From: Gnetum montanum
Taxonomy: Eukaryota > Plantae > Gnetophyta
DNA: 64,000 nucleotides
Direction of reading: 5' to 3'
NCBI GenBank assembly: GCA_015680685.1
Contig: MNCI01003226.1
Span: 1 to 64,000, forward strand
Part shown: one piece after another, positions 36,501-48,100 of the stretch
Layout of the letters: every line of letters starts with the position of its first letter
How positions within the stretch are numbered: position 1 is the first letter of the stretch
The notes under the pieces: model-generated
Database searches by the model: none
Told to the model about the DNA's origin: nothing
What the model saw: the letters and a program-made list of their open reading frames with translations, nothing else
Translations under genes and position numbers: made by a program

Positions 36501-39500
36501 TTAAAAATTTTAGGGATTTGCAAGTTTCCCCAATCATCATGATCATCAACAATGGATACTTGTTGATGAACCTCTTCCAAATCATCCATGCTTTCTATGT
36601 AGGTGCATACAACCCCCTCAGATGATTCCATGCACAAATTGCTACTAGCAAGATCAGCGATCAACTACTGGGTGCTTTCTTGATTTGTGGCTGCTGCGTA
36701 CAGGCATTGTTGAACTTGCAATTCCTTGATACACCGACTGCATGCTTGAATAGATGTCCACTTAGTGGACCACAGCTGCTGCACACAATTGCACTTGGAG
36801 TCATTGTACACAATGCATGGAACACGCTTCTTCTCAATCTTCCCAAAAGGATTTTCCTTTGAAATTTCAAGGGAAATATCTCGGAGCCCCAATCTTGCAT
36901 CCACCATGCTCAGCTAGGCTCTTCCCATTATGATTGGGAAGTTCCCCTTGTAATTCTCAACACGGATGATGAGGAAGTCAGCTGAATAGGACCACCCACA
37001 AACGGTGGTCACAATGTCTTCCACCAATCCCAAGGGAACAGTAATGGATTGGTATGCTAGCTTAAGCCGAATGTTGCTCTTCTTTAACGAGGGCAGGTTC
37101 CAAGTCTTGTACATGTCATGTGAAATCAAGTTGACTCTCGACCTTAAATCCAGAAGAGCTTTACATGGCTCATTTCCTGCCACCTAAAGATAGATGAGGG
37201 GGCTTCCTAGATCAGTCAATTTCTAGGGAAGATGACCTGCCTTTATCCAGTCGATCACAACATGTGTGAGCATGATCGTTTGTATGTTGGAGGGCGTTTG
37301 GTTTGAAGGTTGCTCAAAGGGTGAAACAGTAAAGGCGATTAAGGGTTCAGAGGCACTAGCCATAGGTGTGTGTGAGGGTATGTTTAGGTTATTGGGCTGG
37401 AAAAAGGGATGTTTCTATGGCTTCACTTTCGATCCACTCAGCAGAGGAGTTGGTTGTAGGTTGATAGCCCTCGTAGCGTTACGTTGCTATGGTTGTGGTG
37501 GTATTTCCCCCTGCATAGGTGGAGTACGTGGTAGCTGAGTGGGGTGTTGCTGAGTAGGGACGGCAGGAGAAGGTGATGGAGGATAGTAGAGATGTGGGCT
37601 CTCCCCCTTGGTGATGGAGACTGTGGTCAAAAATATTTTGGGGGGTGGTAATAATTCTAAAAGGTCATGTGACTAGAAGAGTCCTGCGAGGAGACTGGTT
37701 GCTGAACATAGTACCCATAGGGATCTGGTTGTTGGTAAGGGTACTGTTACCTTGGAGGTGGCATCCCCCATAATTGTGGGTGCTGCCATTGTTGAAGATA
37801 TTCATAAGGTTGCGGTGGTGCTCCACTTAGATAATATCCTTGTTGCTGATGAAACTACTTGGTATTGCCCTGTGGGTAAGGCAACCTTCAGGGTGTTTGC
37901 CTCTTCGTCAAGCAAGGATTCAACGCATACACCCCAGACTCTTGTAGATGTGACACCATGGGACAACACCCCTTAGGATGTTCATATTGGCATATGTTAC
38001 ATTCATCATCTCCTTCTATATCAGAGTCTGCAACCTATTCTGCTACAGCAACTTTGCCCTTACCTTTATGGTAGGCACATTCAACTTCCTTCCTCCTACG
38101 CCGAACACGATCATTACTTTGCTCTTTGGATTTCTTTGTGATTTTTACAACACTTTGAAATTTTTCATCCAAAGAGTCCCACATCTTGTCAACCTTTGCC
38201 GATATTTTAGAGGCAAATTTCTTTAGGGGCAAGGTTTTTTGGTTCACCGCTGCATCCAGTGATGATTCCTCCTCATCTTCACAAAATCGAACCTCCCTCT
38301 TTCTGATGGAGGGATACCAGTTATACTCCTCTACACTCTCCTTCTTTTTAAGTTCCCCCTCTTCTTTAGCCACTTGCTTAATTAAGCACCGCAGTTGATG
38401 GGCTCTTAGTTCTGATAATCATCCTTGGGCGTACATGCCAAGGGTCTTTCTCATTTCAAAGCAAAGCCCATCAATGATATGGCGAAGCTGTGCCCACTGA
38501 GAGTAGTCATGACTAGGGCATTAATGTAATAGTGAGTAGTATCTGCTCATAGCTACATCCAAGGGTTCATGACCACCTTGCTTCTACCCTTGGATTTGGT
38601 GTCTCAGGTTCACCACTCTAGAGTAGGTTTGATACTTATCGTTGAAGATTTCCAACATCGTACTCCATCTCCTAATTGATTTTGGCTCCAAAGACCGGTA
38701 CCAACTTTCTGCTTCTTTGATGAGTGTGCGAAAGAATAGCTTAAGTTTTTGCCAATCATTATTAATGTTCTGCAAGGTGCAAGCATCATGAAACACTTGC
38801 AAGTGAGTCTGTGGATCACAATCATACCCCCCTTCAAATATGGGGATGTTGTTCATGTTAATGCGCTTGATCCGACTATCTTTCAAGTGCCTACTAGGTA
38901 TTTGAACTGCCTCGATGATATGGAGCATGCTTCGAGTAGCCAACAACGATTCATCCGAGTCATAGTCCTACTAAAGGCCATGATGTCTATGATGATTTTG
39001 GTTGCCTCTCCTTTCTTGATGATGAGGCTCGCGTGATTGGTCATGCACTTCCTCACGTTGTTCCCTTCAATCCTTATGACCACCATCACCTCGCTCCTTT
39101 CTACCGTGGTCATGATCAGAGTCAAAACTAGATGAAGGTAGAGGGGAGTGAGAGGATGGAGAAGAGGGAGAGGAATCGCCACCGCCCCAACGTTGATCTC
39201 CCCCTCTACTCTAATGACAATCTCAATCTTCATGCCCATCTTTGCTTGTGCCATGACCTCTCCTGCGTGACCCTCCATCCTCCTGGGGGTCCTGGTCACT
39301 TGATTGCTTGTTTTGAATGATGGATTGAATAATCTAATGTCCCAGAGGAAGTTCGGCTAAATGGGAATCATGAAAGACAGGTTCTCCATCGTCCTGCAGC
39401 CCTTACAAGAATAAGGGGTTACTGAACTATTTCCCCTTCATGTGTTCATATCATTCTGCCTATTGCTGATTTCATACACGTTGGGCCTTAGTGGGACGAT

Positions 39501-39765
39501 AGTCCCAATAGTCATGGTCCTCCATGACATACTCCACACCGTGGTCCTAAATGCCTAGTCTAGCAAGATTGTGAAATAGCATCCTAGGAGCCGATCGGTT
39601 AGGTAGTAGTATGATGTTGCCTTCCATGTCCCGCCAGCATAGATGCTCATCCTGATGTAGGATAAAGGTGAAGTCGGGGGCATATTCATCTGGATGTGTG
39701 TATACCACCTGACATTCTTGTGGCACTAGTGGGTTGGATCCATCTCACTTGTGAGAAGAAGACAT
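33566..39765 (-). pseudogene. E2 gag-pol pseudogene
   Basis: Gag (IPIFEGGYDCDPQTHL...WYRSL), protease (ALLDLRSRVNLI, ADFLII), RT (MPFGLCNVPATFQR, FMDDFS), RNase H, integrase (WGIDFMG). Many stops. Confidence 0.93.
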
Positions 39766-39909
39766 GTTGGATGTTAGATAATCCACTAATCGGTGTACCT
39801 TACTTTTTTTTAGGCTGCCTAGCGTACGTAGATTTTACTATCTTGGGTCCATTTCAACGACGTGAATGATAATTTTGCTAAGGTTAGATGGCGCATGTAA
39901 GACTAACAG

Positions 39910-39927
39910 TCCTCGGCAACGGCGCCA
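39910..39927 (-). promoter_or_regulatory. E2 primer binding site (tRNA-Asp type)
   Basis: TGGCGCCGTTGCCGAGGA, 1 nt inside the 5' LTR boundary. Confidence 0.92.
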
Positions 39928-39928
39928 A

Positions 39929-40804
39929 TGATGAGCGGCTAGGTACCTCTATGCCCAACCATGTGAATCACGGACATTCACACGCGACTTGGTTAAATTC
40001 CATAGACTGTAAGCACTTTGCATACACCAGATCCTAACCAGCAAAACCTTGTTTTAGAACGGTCGTTGTCTTCCCAACCTCACTTGTGATGTTCTGATTG
40101 CGATGGGTAAGTGAGATTGAGGTAAATGATTTTTATGGCTTTTTCACTTTATCTTCTAGCGTCTAATTCTTGAAATGAAATGTAAGGAATGGGATATTAC
40201 GTAATCTATATATCCTAATCTATCTATTAACTCTTCCTAGCATAAGTATTCAATCCCATCTCCCATGCACATCCTCAGCATCCCCTAACCACTACTAGGT
40301 TACCACATGTTAAGTGTCATTAGGTTGCCAAGTGTTGGGTTTACATTCGAGATGGTCATACTTATGGTTTTTACAAACTATAAAAGAGCGATGATGATTA
40401 AAGTAATAACAATGAAAACTTAAGGAATTATTAAAGCATAGAAATATTAAACTATTAAATGCATCAAATGACTAAGTCCAATTGCTGCAAGGAATGCTTG
40501 AAAAGCTATTCTTTATTGCCGATCACACCAATGGGCTCAGGTACATTAGTGCTTGAATAAAGAGCCGGACACCTTTCTCACACCTACTGCAGGCACTTGG
40601 AAAATATTCTAACTCTTGCAGAAACAAACTGCAAGAGCTTCAGTAAAACTACCAAAAAGGTACCTAAGCGTGGCGGAAGCACACTTATTCATAGGCTAGA
40701 ACAGGCATTGCGTAAATGAGGCCACATAGACGCATGGATAGATGCGTCGACAGGGCCCCGTATACGTGGCGTAGTCGATGCATCGACTGTTTAGCGCTTC
40801 ATCA
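39929..40804 (-). repeat. E2 5' LTR
   Basis: TGATGAAG...GCTCATCA on the minus strand. Confidence 0.95.
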
Positions 40805-40939
40805 ACTAATAACATGACTTTGGAAAATAAAAGAAAAGACAAAGACATAGTTTGGGCATTGGCTAAAAATGTAAAATAAATATGTATACATATATTTTTT
40901 GTATAAATATCTTTGCTTAGAATGCCCCTTCAACTAGAA

Positions 40940-41600
40940 ATGGGATCAATGCATTTACAAGAAGTATGAAAACTTTATTTTCCTTGAAAAGAAAATATGC
41001 AAAGTAACCTATTCTAATTTAAAATGTCTGGAAGTAAATCATGATATTATTTAAACTATTTTTTATGGATGTGTTGTATAAGATTGTGGTTTAGCAAATG
41101 AATATTAGAAATGGATAAAGAAATCAAAAGGGAAGCTTTTCCTACTAAATAAATTCAAATGGAAGAGATAGACACAATATGAAATTATGATTCTTCAAGC
41201 AAAGATGATGCGTTTCAAAGTATTAGTATTTTCCCAAAGTATTACTATTTTCATTAAAACATAGAGATTGTGATGTGCAAGTTATAAGGTTGATGTCAAG
41301 AGGTATACTAATCTAACACCATTATATTCTTTATAAGTTATTATAAAGAATCATGTTGCACATATGTCTTTGGGTGCCAAGACATGGGTAAGTCAAGATG
41401 TATCCTTAAATGCGTTTGAGGATAGGATTGCTTTTATGAAATGTTGTGGGGATGTAAAAAGGTTGCAAGGAGAAATAGTTTTGTCTAATATATTCCATAT
41501 TGGATTGACTTCTATGCTACTAAAGATTATGGATAAATTTGTTATAGATTTTGATTCTTGAGTTATTTCAAAAATTTGCATTGCAATTTCGACAAGAAAG
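40940..41600 (+). mobile_element. highly decayed LINE remnant
   Basis: GGATCAATGCATT..ACAAGAAGTATGAAA..AAAAGAAAATATGCAAA resembles 52869-52940. Boundaries approximate. Confidence 0.4.
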
Positions 41601-43913
41601 CATTTTTGAAGTAATTTTTAATAAAGAAAAGAGTTGTAATTGGTACCATGGCATATTCTAGATGTCTAAGACATACTAGAGGTCTCACTTACATCCCTAA
41701 ACTTATGAGATGCATCACCATCCCAATTCCAAAATGTCCTGACCACAAAATTTTCTAGGGATGTCCTTGTGTAATGCAAGTCTTGGGTGTATCTTTAGTC
41801 ATATATTGTTTTACAGTCTAAAACTTCCACCCTAAAAGTATTACTCTCTCAAAGGTTTGAAGGCTCGAATTCTCATCTCTCATCATTATGGATAGTGGCA
41901 TTGTGATATGAAAGAATGATTAAAAGTAAATTGGAATCTTGAATATACTCCAAGATATGTAGTCTAATTAGAACTTTAAAATTCAACATTGCCCATTAAA
42001 ATTGAATCCATAGCTTAGAGTTTTCAAATCAAGAGTCTTACTGCTAGGTTAACACTTAATTGTTTAAACATACAAATGCAGTTACTATCCTTGTGACTAT
42101 CAGATTTCAATTTTGTAATATGCACATGACAAGATATTAAAATTCAATTTGACTTAAAAAAGACAAATTCATACTAAAAGATTAAGAGGTAAACATCTTG
42201 GATACGTACACTATACTACCGTATCAACCTTTATAATCTCATGAAATAATATTCAATCAATAACATAGGGAACCTTTATAATCTCATGGAATGCAAGTTT
42301 AATATTCAATCAATAACATAGGAAATTAGTGAAAGAAAAGCAAAATGGAACAAAATTGGTATTGGAATGTCTGAAATTGACATTACAGGAAGAGAATTTG
42401 CTATTCAAATAAAGGAAATTAATTTGGTCAAAGAAATAATTAAGTTACCACTTCACAAATTAAGTGATCAAAACACTAAATTAGGAATGCACAAGTTGCA
42501 GTTGGGCACACTAAGCATCGTTTGCTATAGTAAACCATAATTTGGCGTGATAACATAAAACGAGAAAATGAAAGAAAATCATGATGTGTGCGCCAAGAAG
42601 GTGTTTTGGTCGATTCACAGCTTACTGTACGCTTCAACACAGCTCTACGAGGAAACGTCCATGTAGATTATGACGTCTAGCTTCTCTTACATGCTTCTTC
42701 TGTACAACTGCTTGACGCAAAGGAATTGCAATCTTAAGCCAAAAGTCAAGAATAAATTCGATCAAGTAAACAGCTGAAGACACTCTGCTTAATAAGAACA
42801 AATGTCATCGGACATCCTGTGTGCAGGTTGCGTTCCCAGCATATTCAGCGAAACATTTGTAAATTTCAGTTATGTCATACCCTGTTCTTTTTCTTAACTT
42901 TTAAAATGTTGATGCATATGATATTTGATTTATGCTTATGCTTTGTTCTTTGACTTTGTGAGTCGATGTTTCGACTTGAGCAAAATCGGAAACACGCGTT
43001 TTCTGAATGTCTTTTTTACTGTTTTGTAAATTATTAGTTGAATTCACTATGTCAATGGAACATAATTCGTAGCGATGTTGAGAAGAAAATAATTAAATAT
43101 TCAGCGCTGCAATCAGAGGTCTGACGTACCTGTTGTGAAGGTTATAGCTCCGGGAGCATGAATTATCAAAACTTTGATCTGGGATAGAGAAGACCTAGGT
43201 ACAGTTAGGGTAGATTTATATCTGTTAGCCTTGCTGTGGTGAAACCCTTATGAATGAAAGTATCCACATTCTTGATCAGTAGAGGGATGAACGGAGACCA
43301 GGTCAATTCTTTAAAGGAAATTGAATCTTAAGTGAGCGATTCAAAGATCTATGAAATCTAAGGGACAGTTTCTACCAATGCCAGTATGAAGAGTTCTCTT
43401 TCTAGTTCGAATACCGATCACGTTCTTTCAAGTTGTTCTACTTCTATCCATTTTGTTAAAGTGTATCAAAGTCTGACCAGCTAGTTCAATCTCTGATTGG
43501 ACGAGAATTCACATGTTTTGCTAAGCCACAGCCCATGAAAATAAGCCTATCCTTTTTCTTATTGCGAATAAGTTTGGTTAAAAAATAATACATACATTCA
43601 CACACACATACATACATAATAACATTCTAACTTTGTGTTCCAATGTCATTCGATAGAAAACGTTGGTAACTGAAAGTCCGAGATTATAGCCAGTACTTAA
43701 ACCTGCATTGACCTGTCATGTACTATGATTGCGTGAAATGTGAAGATAAACATGAAAAGACATGGGCATCGTTAAAGTTTTCTATGCTTAGCAAATCATC
43801 AAATGCAATTAATAAAAATTGGTATTTGAAAGCTTCAACTTATGTTCGAAATGATCATTTAAATTTGAAATTGAAATGTTATTTCCATTATGGGTATGGA
43901 TAAGCTGCTGGTT

Positions 43914-44499
43914 GTATTGATCAATCCATCAATCAGATGGTGAAATTAATAAAGATGTTAGAGATAGAATTGAGGCAGGATAGTCAAAATGGAGATAGGC
44001 TAGTGGTGTTCCATGTGATAAAAGAATACCAATAAAATTGAAGGGGAAAGTTTACAGGACAGCAATTAGGCCTGTTATCTTATACGGTGTTGAATGTTGG
44101 GTAGCATAAAAGAGGCATGAACAACAAATCAGTGTGGGAGAAATGCAAATGCTTCGATGGATGTTGAATGTTACTAAAAGAGATAAACTACATAGTACAG
44201 ACATCAGAGGAAGATTTTGAGTGGCTTCTATTTCAGATAAGCTACAAGAACGATAGCTTAGATGGTTAGGACATGTGCAAAGAAGATAAGATAATGAGCC
44301 TATAAATAGAGGTTGCTCCATCATTGTTCCAGGAAAGCCACCAAAAGGAAGACCAAAGAAGACGTGGAAAAAAATGATTGAAAATGATTTAATGAAACTA
44401 CAAATTAACAAAGATCTAGCTCTTCATAGAGGTGAATGGTGGAAAAGAACTCATGTAGCTGACCCCATTTTGTTGGGACAAGGCTAGGACAATGATGAT
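43914..44499 (+). mobile_element. 5'-truncated RTE-clade LINE
   Basis: Decayed ORF ...[25 protein letters not shown]...EMQMLRWM...RWLGHV...GRPKKTW. Tail GACCCCATTTTGTTGGGACAAGGCT(GAT)n. 15-bp TSD GATAAGCTGCTGGTT (43899-43913, 44500-44514). Confidence 0.92.
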
Positions 44500-45119
44500 G
44501 ATAAGCTGCTGGTTTCTTTTTAATAATTGAAATTTTAAAGCATTCTAGCTTGAATAATTATTTGTAAAATACACAAAGATCATTTAGGTTGCACTATGGA
44601 TCTTTGACCACTCTCATAGTACCTCTGTAATACTAGCAATAGAGAATAGTATTTTACAAGAAAAGTGTCCAGAACACCTCTCAAGCTATTCTCTTTAGTT
44701 GTGCTGATGTATGCCATATGTTAGAAAATAGTTTAGTTCATTTAGCTTTGTTGCTTGTTACACCTCTCAGTTAAAATTAGTTTAAACTTTGAAATAATGT
44801 TTCTTTATCTTAGACTATACTTTTTTTCTTGAACTTTTGAAGTTGACAATGAGGGCTGTGTGTTAAATAGCCATGCCATAGTTTAAAAGCTGTGTTCACT
44901 TAATTTCTACTGTCAAATTAAAAAGAAAGCCTACGTTGATTTGTTTAAGAAGAGTATGGAGAAATTATTTAGATGATTAATTTCCTGATATTTTGCTGAC
45001 AACTAAAGAGAATTAACTTTTAATACTTTTGTTTGCAGGCAAAGCCTTAGTCAATTAGCAAATATTGCAGAAGGATGTTGTAATTTTACTAAAAAAATTT
45101 CAATTCTAATTTCTCAGTA

Positions 45120-48100
45120 ATGGGTGGAAGTGGAGTACTGGCATACATTTTTAGATTGAAAGCCCGTGAAATGCATGCAATGAAATTGTTTTGGGCAAGT
45201 CAGCCTAATGCATCTTGCCTAATGTCATCATCACCTGTATCATGCACATCGAAACAAAGACTTTATAGCATTAATGGCCTTCTAAACTTAAACCAAGTGG
45301 AAGATCAGAGTCATTTGAAGATCAGTGCAAGAATTGTTCTGCAAGATAGTTTGAACAATTATAGGAATGCACATGGTGGATTTAGGTACTCATTGCTACC
45401 ACTAACTAATTATAGCATCCATGGCTGTCGTGGATACTCTTCAAATGCTCATGGAAATTCAAGTGATAAGCTACCAACAGAAGTTTCAGCTTCATTGGAT
45501 GCAGAAGGCTCAAGCTCTGATGTTGCCAATGCTGTACTGAATGCTGCAAAGACTGCTTCAGAGTCTATTACAAATTCCTTAACAAACCTTGAGACAAAGA
45601 TAAAGGAAACGTCGGAGGATTATTTGCCAGTAGTGCAGCAGTGGTTGGATTCATCTCCTTACCTGAAAGATATTATCATTCCAGCAAGTTGGACAGTGGT
45701 TGCATCATTGCTAGCTTGGTTGGTCATGCCTAGAATGCTACGAAAGTTTCACCGATACACTGAAGAGACATCCCTTGCATTGTACTTGGGACGCAAACCT
45801 AACCATCAAATTATATATGAAAAGAGCTTTTGGGGTGCTTTGGAAGATCCAGTACGATATTTGGTTACTTTCCTTGCAATTTCACAGCTGTGAGTTCTTC
45901 TCTGAGTGATTTGCATCATTAACATTTCCATGAATATATGTATTTGAGAAACTAAAATGTTTTTGACTGATAAAATGGACAATCTATGCAATGATAAATA
46001 TCAAAATGAAACTGAGATTTTATAATGTCTGAAGATCCGGAAGGATCTATTAGACAGACAATATTTGTATCATGAAAGTTAAATATCGACTTAACAAAGT
46101 AGCTGACTAAAAACTTTTTGTTACAATATTATATTTTGTCTCAAATATTCAGTGTGAGGGCATTTAAGGAAAATGCAGTGCTCATCCTCAAGATCTCCTA
46201 ACCCACATAGCCTACATGTCTGTTCTTCTTTAAGAAGTTGCATCCATCTTCCATCTTTTATCCTAAAATGATGTGAACGTAAACGAAACTCGCTAATGAA
46301 AGTATAAAAAATAGGGAAATTTTTATTTATCTCTAGCATATGCATGATCTTTCATGGATCGTTAAATGTATGATTATCATGCTGCATGTTCACATCATCA
46401 GAATATAACATTTTTTCTAGGCTTTTATCTTGATTTTTATAATTTATAAAGCATTTGTTCTTATAACTCTTTGCAGGGGTTTGATTATTGCACCTAGTAC
46501 AGTATCCCAATATATGCCACAAATATGGAGAGGTGCAGCAATTCTTTCTGTGATTTGGTTTCTTCAGAGATGGAAAAGAAACATATTTTCGAGGTTCTCT
46601 ACTGAACAGATGATTGATAGAGATAAATTTGTGGCACTAGACAAAATATCTTCTGTTGCCCTTTTTGTTCTTGGAGGTCTGGCATTTGCAGAGGCTTCTG
46701 GTGTTGCTGTACAATCTGTCCTTACTGTTGGAGGAGTAGGAGGTAATGTTCTTCTTGCATAATCCTTTTTAATTTAGGAAAGGATTTTAGAAAACATGGC
46801 ATGGTCAAAGTTGAAGGCAATTAAAATGAAGATCACAAAAGACGGAGTATTAGAAAAATCTTATGTTAAAAAAATAAAATAAAAGACACGGGAAGAAGTA
46901 TTACAGGTATATATAAAAGAAATTGGGATAGCTACTAATTTGACCTCTAATACATGTGAATGATGAAAAAGAACTCATGCTAACCCCCTGTTGTTCGATT
47001 AATGCTAAGGTGATGATGATCATTAGAAAACAGGATAAAATTTGATACAAAATATATTATCCAAATATTCAAAATGATGCATTTTTTAGGAATATTCTAA
47101 AAAATAGTTTGACTAAACCAAAAAGAACAACAATCTATTTTTATCTTCATCATACAACATTATGCAAACACCTACAGTGACTTATTTGGATAATTGAGGA
47201 TCTTTTGTATGTGAAGTTCAAAAAGAACATCATAATCATCTTTATTACATTGAATTAGGTTGAATTGTTATTTTAGGGTTGGTAGGTGATTTGATGATAA
47301 CTTTTATTGCTGGCTGTTTTTGACACTAACTTAAATATATGTTTTTATTATGCCCACAGATTACACGTGGAGTTTAATCTTTAACCTAAACCAAATGCTG
47401 TAACTATTATGTTAAGATTAACTTATGAGCTCGGAAGGATGATAGCAAAGTATATTGTCATTGACTATTGTATAGTTAGTTTCTTCTCATGCATATCAGC
47501 TAAAATACTTTTCACTGAAATTTCTTAAATTTTGCTTTGATTTTCTTTTCTTTATTGGTGTGTGTATGATTAAATTTTTGGGAAAAAAACAAAGAAAAAA
47601 AATCCTTGTGTCATTCATGAATTTCTTGAATTTTTGTCATTTTGTAACCACATTTTCAGGTATCGCAGCTGCAATTGCTGCAAGAGACCTTCTTGGTAAT
47701 ACAATCACTGGATTATCTTTGCAGCTCTCTCAGCCATTCTCTGTTGGAGATACCATAAAGGTATATAATTCTTTTTTAAAATGTTATTCAAGATACCTAT
47801 TACAATTTTTCTTGATAATTTGGCATGGAATTTTGCGCCAATTGTTATTATGGTTTTTGTTTTAAAGGCGGGCTCAATTGAGGGAAAAGTGATTGAGATT
47901 GGATTGACAACAACAACGTTGCTGAGCCCTGAGAAGTTTCCAGTTATCGCACCAAATTCATTCCTAGCAAGCCAGGTAAGTTGAAACAAATTGCGGTCGG
48001 AGACATAGTTGAGATAGAATATATTGAAGAGTGTAAACTAGATATATTGGGCAAATAGTTTCAATTGTTGTAAGCAGTATTCAATATGATATGGGAACTA

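Larger units (their letters stand above)
27505..40804 (-). mobile_element. E2: full-length, decayed Ty3/Gypsy Athila-type LTR retrotransposon with accessory 3' ORF
   Basis: LTRs 39929-40804 (5') and 27505-28420 (3'), TSD ACTAA (27500-27504, 40805-40809), PBS TGGCGCCGTTGCCGAGGA, PPT CGTGGGGGTA, gag-pol on minus strand. Confidence 0.96.

Noticed and set aside
37130-37160. Non-canonical protease active site (DLRS instead of DxG)
   Set aside because: Best explained by GGA>AGA decay in a pseudogene, not a novel catalytic motif.
42225-42322. Short local duplications (also ~19192-19306) and (ATT)n tracts
   Set aside because: Ordinary slippage or repair duplications with no sign of function.
44052-44411. 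119-aa minus-strand ORF
   Set aside because: Antisense of the RTE LINE fragment.
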